A DNA stretch of 64,000 nt, from the NCBI GenBank assembly GCA_036930585.1, contig GCA_036930585.1_3066.1; one strand, written 5' to 3'. Below the pieces are notes generated by a model. That model was not told where the DNA came from and searched no databases. It worked only from the letters and a program-made list of their open reading frames with translations. Numbering within the stretch: position 1 is the first letter of the stretch; every line of letters begins with the position of its first letter. This stretch comes from a phage. Below are positions 22,714 through 30,784 of this stretch, in pieces. The position numbers were made by a program, and so were the translations under genes.

Positions 22714-22992
22714 TCATTCGAAATAATCTTCAATTTCGTAATCATGGACATAAATCATTATAGTTTTTAATACATCATCAATACTTTTTCCTGGAGCTGG
22801 AATTACGTAAAAATATCCTGCTTTTGAGAGGTCTTTATAAGTTCCAATCAAGAAATCATTATTCTCAAGATGTAACTCTTCAACTAATTCATTGACAATT
22901 GAATGGTATAGGTTTGGTAGAAACTTATATAGCTTTTCTAGAATATCAATTTTGATTGTGTATTGAACCACGGACTGAGAATCAATAATCAT
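22714..22992 (-). CDS. arn: Anti-restriction nuclease Arn (acidic, 92 aa)
   Basis: 92-aa highly acidic ORF in the asiA-motA interval; length matches T4 Arn. Confidence 0.65.
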   Translation of the reverse strand: MIIDSQSVVQYTIKIDILEKLYKFLPNLYHSIVNELVEELHLENNDFLIGTYKDLSKAGYFYVIPAPGKSIDDVLKTIMIYVHDYEIEDYFE

Positions 22993-23069
22993 AGACCTTC
23001 CCCTTATGTTTCTGTTTGCGATTAGATTCTTTAAACGCTTTCTTCTTATCCTTATGGACAGAAGCTTTA

Positions 23070-23294
23070 TTAAAATTGTGTTTTGCGACTAAATTGTTCA
23101 TAGTGCTGAATTACCTCTCTCAAACACTTGCATGTGAATGAAAACTTTTTAGCTACACCACATTCAAATATATGTTCTCTTAAATCACGTGTGTCAGTAT
23201 ATCCCATCTCAACAATAAAATGTCTTATTAGATTTTTATCTTTATCATTGAGCGAATTAAAATAATCGGATTTTGAATTAATTTCCCTGGCCAA
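23070..23294 (-). CDS. Hypothetical protein (74 aa)
   Basis: ORF track. Confidence 0.45.
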   Translation of the reverse strand: MAREINSKSDYFNSLNDKDKNLIRHFIVEMGYTDTRDLREHIFECGVAKKFSFTCKCLREVIQHYEQFSRKTQF

Positions 23295-23574
23295 ATTGAA
23301 TCACCTTCAGTTGACGTTTTAGTTCTTTTATCATTTCTTCGTTCATCGCAATATAAAGATCGCGTAAAGCAGGTTTTAGCATTCCATTTACCGGAGAACT
23401 AAATGGGCATACATAATCTTTTCCTACAAGCTTTTTGGTAAATTCCATATCACAAAATTTAAATGCTGGCTCATTCGCATAAATTCCCCAATTAGTTGAC
23501 ATCATTTTATTGGCATATTCCAATGCCTGAATTTGATTCATAATTCCATCGATTTGAAACTTTTTAATATTCAT
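23278..23574 (-). CDS. Hypothetical protein (98 aa)
   Basis: ORF track. Confidence 0.45.
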   Translation of the reverse strand: MNIKKFQIDGIMNQIQALEYANKMMSTNWGIYANEPAFKFCDMEFTKKLVGKDYVCPFSSPVNGMLKPALRDLYIAMNEEMIKELKRQLKVIQFGQGN

Positions 23575-23768
23575 TAGTAAAGGTCCTCAGAGTAAAGTTC
23601 TTTTTCACTACCACCACGTTCAATACGTACTTGTCCAGCGTAAGTTGCAATAATGATTGCTTCTTCACGTGTCCAATAATTACTATATTGGTCAATAAAC
23701 CCTTGGTCATCATCACAAACTTGTTGAGTAACTAATTGAGGTTTAACTACATCTAAAACTTCGGCCAT
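23574..23768 (-). CDS. Hypothetical protein (64 aa); in frame with upstream 53-aa ORF across a TGA
   Basis: ORF track; frame stays open upstream to the TGA at 23877..23879. Confidence 0.45.
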   Translation of the reverse strand: MAEVLDVVKPQLVTQQVCDDDQGFIDQYSNYWTREEAIIIATYAGQVRIERGGSEKELYSEDLY

Positions 23769-23876
23769 ATCTTTAGAATAATGACGAGCACCTGGAATAA
23801 TAAGAGTTCGTCCATCTTTTAATTTAAAACGGTTGGCTGCGCAGACAATTCGTCGTTGATACTTTTGGTTTTCATC

Positions 23877-24038
23877 TCAATACGCAGTCTGCCAACATAT
23901 TTCAGGAACTTCTTTCAGAACATCTTCTTCCGTATAATTAGTATAACCTGCTGATTTAAATTTTTCGGCTAAACTCTCTGGAGTCTCACGAGATAATGCA
24001 ACGTTTAGCATTTCAAGTCTTTCTTCAAATGTTTTCAT
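23877..24038 (-). CDS. Hypothetical small protein (53 aa)
   Basis: ATG 24038 overlaps upstream stop as ATGA; [11 protein letters not shown]... Confidence 0.35.
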   Translation of the reverse strand: MKTFEERLEMLNVALSRETPESLAEKFKSAGYTNYTEEDVLKEVPEICWQTAY

Positions 24039-24379
24039 TTAAACCATTCCTTAATACGCTGCCACAAAGTTTTCTGATGAGCTTTGTTAACACCAATTGA
24101 ACAAATAACTGATTGAGATTCCTGGAATTCTTTATAATCAGCAAGGTAAATTTCGTAAGCTGCATCCGTAAATGAACTTATCGCTGCCATAAAGTTTTTA
24201 CGTACACCGCCTGGAGCTACTCCATTAGGGAATTCGGAATTTTCGAGAATAATTAAATATAACCCAGCTCTAACTTTAACGATAGTTCCAAGATAAGCCC
24301 CGTGGTACCAGATATCCCACCCCTCTTGAGTGGGTTCTGCACAACGACGAAGTTCATTAACAATTTCTAACTTGTTCAT
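24035..24379 (-). CDS. Hypothetical protein (motA.1-like, 114 aa)
   Basis: ORF track. Confidence 0.55.
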   Translation of the reverse strand: MNKLEIVNELRRCAEPTQEGWDIWYHGAYLGTIVKVRAGLYLIILENSEFPNGVAPGGVRKNFMAAISSFTDAAYEIYLADYKEFQESQSVICSIGVNKAHQKTLWQRIKEWFK

Positions 24380-24389
24380 TATTTATTCC

Positions 24390-25025
24390 TCACAGTTCAG
24401 ATGCTACAGTGATTACAGCTTCAATGTTTTCTGCCGAGCGTTTAATGTCAAGATACACATTACCGTTTTTAGCGAGTTTACATGACATTCCGATATCAGT
24501 AAATTTCTGAATATGATGTTCCATCATTTTGTATCCAAAAATTCGCATATTTCCATTATTGTTAATTTCAAAATTACGAATTCCGTGAGTGCGTTTTTCT
24601 AAAATAGCAAGATAGTTACTGCGGTAAGTTTCAACCTTTTTAAGAACAAATCCATTTTCATCTAAAAGTTTTAGCATAAGGTCTTTATCTTCTTCCATAT
24701 CGGAAGTAATCTCACGAGCTTTACGAGTTGCTCGTTTTTTCAGTAGTTCAGGAGCATTTTCCTGTGCGTATAAAGTTGCTGCATTTGAAATAATATCCTG
24801 AGCTTCACCAGTAATGATTAATCCATCACCAGATTTCTCCACCAGGCCTTTTTTAATCAATACCCCAATATTACTATTAACTACTGCGTTACCTAAATCT
24901 GGATGCACCTCACGAACTTCTGCGGCTGTAATGAAATCTTTCTTAGCAATGGTAATTAAAATCGCAGCAGTTTTTTCATTCAGAACATCGTTAGAAGCTT
25001 TGATGATGTAAGTTACTTTAGACAT
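24390..25025 (-). CDS. motA: Middle-transcription activator MotA
   Basis: 211-aa ORF MSKVTYIIKASNDVLNEKTAAILITIAKKDFITAAEV... Confidence 0.9.
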   Translation of the reverse strand: MSKVTYIIKASNDVLNEKTAAILITIAKKDFITAAEVREVHPDLGNAVVNSNIGVLIKKGLVEKSGDGLIITGEAQDIISNAATLYAQENAPELLKKRATRKAREITSDMEEDKDLMLKLLDENGFVLKKVETYRSNYLAILEKRTHGIRNFEINNNGNMRIFGYKMMEHHIQKFTDIGMSCKLAKNGNVYLDIKRSAENIEAVITVASEL

Positions 25026-25062
25026 TTTAATCTCCGTTTCAGTTCATTTATTTGATAGTTGT

Positions 25063-25092
25063 ATAGTACCACAGTATGCTTTGGTTGTAAAC
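25063..25092 (-). promoter_or_regulatory. T4-type early promoter upstream of motA
   Basis: Minus strand GTTTACA-17nt-TACTAT with AAAATTTTTCACAAAAC upstream element. Confidence 0.6.
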
Positions 25093-25110
25093 CGTTTTGT
25101 GAAAAAATTT

Positions 25111-25143
25111 TTGAAATAAAAAAGGGAGAGCCGAGGCTCTCCC
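25111..25143 (-). terminator. Intrinsic terminator downstream of gene 52 cluster
   Basis: GGGAGAGCC/GGCTCTCCC stem then UUUUUUAUUU on minus strand. Confidence 0.6.
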
Positions 25144-25148
25144 TAAAA

Positions 25149-25298
25149 TTACTGCATGACTGTGATAACTATCATGATAACACGTTGAATTCCGAACGCA
25201 AGAAGACCTCCTGCTACGGCAGGAACAACACCTAAACCCGCCAGTAAAATGCCACCAGATACTAATGCAGCGCTTGTGATACCAATGAATGGACTCAT
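25149..25298 (-). CDS. Small hydrophobic membrane protein (49 aa)
   Basis: ATGA-coupled to gene 52 stop; MSPFIGITSAALVSGGILLAGLGVV... Confidence 0.4.
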   Translation of the reverse strand: MSPFIGITSAALVSGGILLAGLGVVPAVAGGLLAFGIQRVIMIVITVMQ

Positions 25299-26623
25299 TT
25301 GATTTCCTCTAAATCTTTGGTGTATTCTGTAACTACATCAGTAGTTTTCCAATATTCATTTTCTTCTTTTTTGGCTTTAGCTTCTTCAGCAAGTTTCTTT
25401 GCTTCGTCGGAAGTCATATGAAAAATGTTCATTCCAACTAGTTTATCAACATAAGAAGAATACATATCAATTTTAGAAAGTTCTTCGGTCAGTTCTTTGC
25501 GAGTTTTACCTTGTACAACAATTTCACCTGAAATTACTTTCTTAATGAAATGTGCCTTGGCAAAAGCTAAACGAAATGCTGATTCAGTTTCTTTGATTTT
25601 GTTATCAATTCGTTTTTGGACATAAGTTTTACGAACTTCAACGAAGTCTTTGATTAAATCAACTACATTATCGTAAACTTGCAGCTTTCCTTTCTCATTA
25701 ATGACGGTAATATTCTGGGAACGACGCTCAATCAACCCGAAGTCTTTCATAATTTTTGCATGGCGTTCTTCTTCATTATCGCTCAAAGAGTATTCTTTTC
25801 GGAATTTAACTTTGAAGCCAAAGCCATGCTCACCACAAGCATCATCCCATGTAATGAAGCCTTTATCTTCAAGTGGGTCTAAGATTTTACTCACGTAAGT
25901 TTCACGATCATACTTATATGGAATCTCAGTGATATGCATTTGAGTTCGTGAAGTAAACTTATATGTTCCACGAATTTCATATTGCCCATCAATTTCAACG
26001 ACTTCACCACGAAATTCTGGGAATTCTACCTTCGGTTTAGTTACTTTCTTTCCTTGAAGAGCTTGCAGTACAGCTTTCTTGACAGAAGAAACACTATGAG
26101 GAAGAATGTAAGTTGCATAACCAGTTGCAATACCGGAAACGCCATTAAGAAGAACAGTAGGAATAACAGGCAAATAGAAAGCAGGCGGAATGTGTTCTTT
26201 ATCTTGATGTACCGGAGCATATTCAGTATCTTTATATACGTTATAGAAATTTTTACTTACACGAGCAAAAATATAACGACTTGCTGCTGCCTTTTGGACA
26301 GTACGAGAACCAAAGTTTCCTTGACCGTCTAACAGAGGAAAGTTATTATTCCAAGTGTTAGCCATCAAAGCACCTGCGTCTTGCGCAGAGTTTTCGCCAT
26401 GATGATATCCAAGGTCCGCTACACCGCCTGCGATAGAAGCGAGTTTGTGAAACTTATCTTTATTTCCTCGTGCCAAATCAAGAGCTCGAGCAATAACAAA
26501 TCGTTGAACTGGCTTAAATCCATCAATCATATTTGGAATGGCACGATTTTCAACCGTGTACATAGCATAAGCCAATGCTTCATTATCAATGATACTTTTT
26601 AAATCACGATTATTCAGTTGCAT
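25295..26623 (-). CDS. 52: DNA topoisomerase II medium subunit gp52
   Basis: 442-aa ORF with GyrA-like active-site region. Confidence 0.95.
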   Translation of the reverse strand: MQLNNRDLKSIIDNEALAYAMYTVENRAIPNMIDGFKPVQRFVIARALDLARGNKDKFHKLASIAGGVADLGYHHGENSAQDAGALMANTWNNNFPLLDGQGNFGSRTVQKAAASRYIFARVSKNFYNVYKDTEYAPVHQDKEHIPPAFYLPVIPTVLLNGVSGIATGYATYILPHSVSSVKKAVLQALQGKKVTKPKVEFPEFRGEVVEIDGQYEIRGTYKFTSRTQMHITEIPYKYDRETYVSKILDPLEDKGFITWDDACGEHGFGFKVKFRKEYSLSDNEEERHAKIMKDFGLIERRSQNITVINEKGKLQVYDNVVDLIKDFVEVRKTYVQKRIDNKIKETESAFRLAFAKAHFIKKVISGEIVVQGKTRKELTEELSKIDMYSSYVDKLVGMNIFHMTSDEAKKLAEEAKAKKEENEYWKTTDVVTEYTKDLEEIK

Positions 26624-26627
26624 AAAT

Positions 26628-26768
26628 TTACCATACTAGTGAATGTAGTGCCATAATAACATCAGAAATGAAAAGCACGACTTGAATTAATCCGAACATT
26701 ATTCCGTAATATAATGCTATCAATAAAATAGCAAGGGCTAATGAATAGCCCAAGATTTTCTTAATCAT
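26628..26768 (-). CDS. Small membrane protein (46 aa; possibly ac-like)
   Basis: MIKKILGYSLALAILLIALYYG...; not in track (<60 aa). Confidence 0.35.
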   Translation of the reverse strand: MIKKILGYSLALAILLIALYYGIMFGLIQVVLFISDVIMALHSLVW

Positions 26769-26919
26769 TAGTAGATAACAACACAAATGTTAAATATGCA
26801 CACATACCCTGGGCTAAAGCTTGTGAAAACACACTGCTAGCATCGATACAGATAGTTAAAACACATGCTACTATCCAACAAATAAATGAAATAACTCCTA
26901 ATAATTTTGCGATATTCAT
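26761..26919 (-). CDS. Small membrane protein (52 aa)
   Basis: MNIAKLLGVISFICWIVACVL... with GAGGAAAATATG SD. Confidence 0.35.
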   Translation of the reverse strand: MNIAKLLGVISFICWIVACVLTICIDASSVFSQALAQGMCAYLTFVLLSTND

Positions 26920-26926
26920 ATTTTCC

Positions 26927-27007
26927 TCACTGGCGTCCGAAGACGCCTTTAGTTTTAAGATTATTACGATAGAACTGCATCACGTGTTCGTTGTGGAAAT
27001 TACTCAT
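26927..27007 (-). CDS. stp: Stp peptide (26 aa)
   Basis: Reads [26 protein letters not shown], the T4 Stp sequence as recalled; start overlaps ndd stop. Confidence 0.7.
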
Positions 27008-27465
27008 TAATATGCCTGCAAAACGAATTTAAAATTATCAGCCAACATACGGTTCATTTCTTCAAGTGTTTGATACTCAGAATGATGATTACGAGTAAAC
27101 GCTAAAGCTAGCTGTCCTTTTCCAAATCCCGTCGTCAGAGGTTTCATCTTAGAAGCAGGCAGATAAAATACTGTGTATACCATATTGTTATTTGCAATAG
27201 TACGTGCAAGCTGAGACCGACGTTGACGAATATGACTTAGAACTGCACTGAATCCTTGCTTAGAACGCTGATTACCTACATAAAATCGTGCAGACACGCA
27301 TGGATTACTAAATGGACGACCATCTAATTTACTCACTAAAAAGTAAAATCCAGGTTTAGATAAAAAGTCTTTATGCGGAGTTCCCAAAAACCATTCACCG
27401 TTCTTGATTGTACCAATAACAGTAGCGCCTGCATTATTCAAATCAGTAACAGTCATGTATTTCAT
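27007..27465 (-). CDS. ndd: Nucleoid disruption protein Ndd
   Basis: Start at ATG 27465 ([16 protein letters not shown]...) with GAGGAAA SD; ~151 aa. Confidence 0.85.
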
Positions 27466-27525
27466 ATTAATTTCCTCTAAATTATTTTCTACTCCAAGGC
27501 CGCATGAATACACACGGCCATTAAA

Positions 27526-27741
27526 TTAATCGTCGCAGTCGACGCTCAATTCCCAAAACTCTTCTACGGTATAAGTTTCAGTATCATTTTCAATACAGAA
27601 ACGTTCATTACTGTTATTTGCTAAAGTAGCATTAACTGTCGGTTTCTCGCTAGTGCTCTTAAGAGGTGAAATACGAATTAACTGATCACCGTTATCTAAA
27701 CAGAAAATTTCACCAACTTTTACATCTTTAAAGATTTTCAT
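27526..27741 (-). CDS. Hypothetical protein (71 aa)
   Basis: ORF track. Confidence 0.5.
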   Translation of the reverse strand: MKIFKDVKVGEIFCLDNGDQLIRISPLKSTSEKPTVNATLANNSNERFCIENDTETYTVEEFWELSVDCDD

Positions 27742-27749
27742 AATTCACC

Positions 27750-27860
27750 TCAAGGAATATAAAATCCGAATGCAGTTGTTGACCATCCCATCCAATATGG
27801 GAAATTTGCACCAATGTAAAACATGAGAATATAAAACCAACCGCTCAGCAAATTCATCAT
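27750..27860 (-). CDS. Small hydrophobic peptide (36 aa)
   Basis: MMNLLSGWFYILMFYIGANFPYW...; ATGA-coupled to upstream ORF. Confidence 0.3.
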   Translation of the reverse strand: MMNLLSGWFYILMFYIGANFPYWMGWSTTAFGFYIP

Positions 27861-28075
27861 TTTACACCATTCCAAATTGTTTCAACCACGGATTTTAAAC
27901 CATTTTGATGAATATCAATTCCGACTACCGTCATCAAATAAATTCCAACTACAACTGAACCTAAGGCAAAAATCAGCATGAAAATGAATAAAGCCGGAAA
28001 AATATTATCGAAAAACCATTCAATAAATGTAAAAGCACTGCGTTTACGCTTCATATTTTCCTCACATAAATCCAA
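27857..28075 (-). CDS. Small membrane protein (72 aa)
   Basis: ORF track; two hydrophobic segments. Confidence 0.45.
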   Translation of the reverse strand: MDLCEENMKRKRSAFTFIEWFFDNIFPALFIFMLIFALGSVVVGIYLMTVVGIDIHQNGLKSVVETIWNGVK

Positions 28076-28175
28076 AGTAAACGTTTAATACATTAATCAT
28101 TAAAACGATTGGGAATATACTCAAAACTATTAGTATTATAACTACATTCCATATAGCTTTAACAATCTTTTTCAT
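28062..28175 (-). CDS. Small membrane protein (37 aa)
   Basis: Start moved to ATG 28175 with CGGAGGAACAGAAA SD; track extension overlaps promoter. Confidence 0.35.
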   Translation of the reverse strand: MKKIVKAIWNVVIILIVLSIFPIVLMINVLNVYFGFM

Positions 28176-28203
28176 TTTCTGTTCCTCCGTAGTTGATAGG
28201 GTA

Positions 28204-28233
28204 ATAGTACCACGGAAGAACAGTCTTGTAAAC
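28204..28233 (-). promoter_or_regulatory. T4-type early promoter
   Basis: Minus strand GTTTACAAGACTGTTCTTCCGTGGTACTAT. Confidence 0.5.
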
Positions 28234-28418
28234 AACTTTTTTAAAAATATTCGTAATAAATGTGAATACCAACTACTACTGCCGAAACTTGTGCAACCCA
28301 CCATGCACACGCAATAAGTACAGAATTCAAAATTTTCATAATAACCTCATCACAAAAGTAAATGTTAAACAAATTACTGGAATACTAATTAACCAAACAA
28401 AACACCAACATAATGAAC

Positions 28419-28682
28419 TCATAGTTCAATCTCAACGATTTCCAAGTGTTTTTGTTTTATTGCCTTTTTAACACAATCATGGACTAAATATGACCATGAA
28501 TCATTATATTCTCCATTAACTAATCGTTGGAGATCTTCACGTGATGATAAGTAAGGTTGATCTGATTCCCATTTTGATAAAAATACTGCAGTAAAAATAT
28601 CTCCTTCATCTGTAGTTGAAGTCGTAAATGCAATAAATTCACCGGTAATTTTATGTTTAGCGTAATAAAATTTAAATTTCAT
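28419..28682 (-). CDS. Hypothetical protein (87 aa)
   Basis: Start moved to ATG 28682 (MKFKFYYAKHK...) with GGAGGAG SD. Confidence 0.45.
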   Translation of the reverse strand: MKFKFYYAKHKITGEFIAFTTSTTDEGDIFTAVFLSKWESDQPYLSSREDLQRLVNGEYNDSWSYLVHDCVKKAIKQKHLEIVEIEL

Positions 28683-28709
28683 TTTTACTCCTCCGTAGCT
28701 GATAGTTGT

Positions 28710-28739
28710 ATAGTACCACGGTCCTTGTGGTATGTAAAC
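28710..28739 (-). promoter_or_regulatory. T4-type early promoter
   Basis: Minus strand GTTTACATACCACAAGGACCGTGGTACTAT. Confidence 0.5.
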
Positions 28740-28755
28740 CATTTTGTGAAATTTT

Positions 28756-29313
28756 TTAAATAGAAAGATACCATCCGCTGTAGTTGCTTTTTCTTACAAC
28801 CTTACGAAGGTCTTCTCTGTCACCGATGAACTTCGGAGTGTACTGGATAACACCTGGATGAATTTCTTTAGTGTTGAATATAATTATACAGTCAGCGACT
28901 TGATGATTTAGAATGGGCCCTAGATTTATTCCAGAACCATATGGATACTCTCCGCTGCATCCTGTTGTCACCGAAATCCAACGTGAGTCAGTTTGATGTG
29001 TCTTAACTTCTACACGAAGCCCGCAGTATCTTGGATGCGCCAATACATCCCACGCGTATGTATATGGATCATCGACATCTTCTTGACCTTTATTAACATA
29101 CCCGCTTAGCCAATCTGCTACAAAAAACTCTGCGTATACAGCAATACGACATCTTTCAATAACTTCTGCTTTATCCTGGTTCGGGTTTTGTTTTAAAGAG
29201 TATCTTGCAGTATCAGCAATTTTGACCTTCATTTCGCTAGTCAAGTCACTGTTCGATAGGGTAAATGTCGGAATCTGAAATAGTCTCTGTAAACCCGGAT
29301 TCGTTTTCTGCAT
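28756..29313 (-). CDS. denB: Endonuclease IV (DenB)
   Basis: 185-aa ORF; length and position between ndd and rIIB. Confidence 0.85.
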   Translation of the reverse strand: MQKTNPGLQRLFQIPTFTLSNSDLTSEMKVKIADTARYSLKQNPNQDKAEVIERCRIAVYAEFFVADWLSGYVNKGQEDVDDPYTYAWDVLAHPRYCGLRVEVKTHQTDSRWISVTTGCSGEYPYGSGINLGPILNHQVADCIIIFNTKEIHPGVIQYTPKFIGDREDLRKVVRKSNYSGWYLSI

Positions 29314-29575
29314 TTAGACTTTCCTTTTTACCACTGAGATAAGCGTTATATACTTTAAGAGTGCCGTAATAAATTCGGTCATTTTCATCTAAAGACTCGC
29401 GGTCAAGTTCATCGAGCTCCTTTTTATCCATGACTATAACATCATTACAGTAAAGAAACCCAAGTTTTTCGTGACCAAACTCAAATTTATTACAGTACAC
29501 AATATTAGCGTGATGATTTCCGTGCAGTTTAATCTCTTTTATGTCGGAATCACCGATATTCATATAATAAATCAT
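29246..29575 (-). CDS. Hypothetical protein (109 aa)
   Basis: ORF track; 3' end overlaps denB start in another frame. Confidence 0.4.
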   Translation of the reverse strand: MIYYMNIGDSDIKEIKLHGNHHANIVYCNKFEFGHEKLGFLYCNDVIVMDKKELDELDRESLDENDRIYYGTLKVYNAYLSGKKESLNAENESGFTETISDSDIYPIEQ

Positions 29576-29592
29576 AATTTCTCTTAAAACAA

Positions 29593-29610
29593 AAGGGCCG
29601 AAGCCCTTAT
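29593..29610 (-). repeat. 18-nt hairpin repeat AAGGGCCGAAGCCCTTAT (copy 1)
   Basis: Identical to 29821..29838; GGGC-UUCG-GCCC hairpin followed by U-run. Confidence 0.8.
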
Positions 29611-29611
29611 T

Positions 29612-29806
29612 TTATTTGAATTGTGCAATTCTTTTCTCTAGACATTCAGCATAAGATTTCATTGAGATAAACTGCGAAAGTAACAGTTCTTGCTCAACTG
29701 CATTAACTGTTAGAAACTTTGCGCTTTCTAAAAATTTGCTCAGTGCATTAATTTTGAGCATTAATTGATCGTATTCTTCTTTTACTCGTGCTTGATAACC
29801 TAACAT
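29612..29806 (-). CDS. Hypothetical helical protein (64 aa)
   Basis: ORF track; flanked by identical hairpin repeats. Confidence 0.5.
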   Translation of the reverse strand: MLGYQARVKEEYDQLMLKINALSKFLESAKFLTVNAVEQELLLSQFISMKSYAECLEKRIAQFK

Positions 29807-29820
29807 AATTTTCCTCAGTT

Positions 29821-29838
29821 AAGGGCCGAAGCCCTTAT
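29821..29838 (-). repeat. 18-nt hairpin repeat AAGGGCCGAAGCCCTTAT (copy 2), directly after rIIB stop
   Basis: Exact copy of 29593..29610. Confidence 0.8.
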
Positions 29839-30773
29839 TTAAATTGTTCAGTAACGTCTTCAACTACTTCGTATTGGCAGGTACGCATTTTAGCATCGTT
29901 GTAATCAATCGGAATTGATACTACATCACGCGGATGTACTTTAACTTTTACAACTCGGCTAGTTGAACTGCCAAAGTGACGAATATAAGATTTAGAACAC
30001 ACATGCAGACCACGAGAACAAGTTTGTGTATCATCGTCATTCACACGAGTACGTGGCATTTTAACTACTTTACCCGGACTGTTATCAAAGGTGTTTGAGT
30101 GACAGTCAAAGTAGTTGTCACGAACTACTTTCCAAGCATAGAAGTAACCATCTTCTGTAATTTCAATATCATTTGCTACCAAGAAATCAAAGAGTCGAGA
30201 TACCGCTTTTTGGCTTGGGTTTTCCAGCAGATTTTCCAAGAACGGAAAATAAAATTCAAAGTTTTCACCTTTTTCCATCGAATCGAGAATACGATCAACC
30301 AGACCAGACCGTAATTCGATATTTTGATAGAACAAGCTTCCGCCTTCAATTCGAACATCACCAGAAATATATTTTTCAACAGCGCGACGAACATTAATTT
30401 TTTGTGCCGCTTCTTCCAACTTATCCGCTACAAGCAGATTAAGAATTTCCTGGAAGTTTGAATGAGTATTAGGAGTTGCGTTATAAGTTACACCGTCAAC
30501 AGTAATTGAAATGAATTTTTTAGATGCATTCCAAATAATGTCAGATTTAGCAACTGGAGCAATAGCTACATCGCTATTAACTTTAACTGTAATATCACCG
30601 CTAATAGTAACTTTAGAGCGTTTAGCTTCTTCAGCATTTTTCAAAACACGACGGATTGTGTCAACCGATACACCTTGCCAATCAGCCAATTCCTGTTGGG
30701 TGTAATTACCACTTGAATACAGCTTAACAATTTCAGCTTGTTCGTTTTTGGTCAGGCATTTAATATTGTACAT
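29835..30773 (-). CDS. rIIB: rIIB protein
   Basis: 312-aa ORF MYNIKCLTKNEQAEIVKLYSSGNYTQQELADWQGVSVDTIRR... Confidence 0.95.
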   Translation of the reverse strand: MYNIKCLTKNEQAEIVKLYSSGNYTQQELADWQGVSVDTIRRVLKNAEEAKRSKVTISGDITVKVNSDVAIAPVAKSDIIWNASKKFISITVDGVTYNATPNTHSNFQEILNLLVADKLEEAAQKINVRRAVEKYISGDVRIEGGSLFYQNIELRSGLVDRILDSMEKGENFEFYFPFLENLLENPSQKAVSRLFDFLVANDIEITEDGYFYAWKVVRDNYFDCHSNTFDNSPGKVVKMPRTRVNDDDTQTCSRGLHVCSKSYIRHFGSSTSRVVKVKVHPRDVVSIPIDYNDAKMRTCQYEVVEDVTEQFK

Positions 30774-30784
30774 AATTTTCCTTA

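Noticed and set aside
27007-27513. Long N-terminal extensions in the ORF track (e.g. ndd 168 aa, ORFs starting at 8732, 28310, 28742, 39432, 55221)
   Set aside because: The track uses alternative start codons and upstream in-frame codons that overlap promoters; internal ATGs with SD sites match known protein lengths
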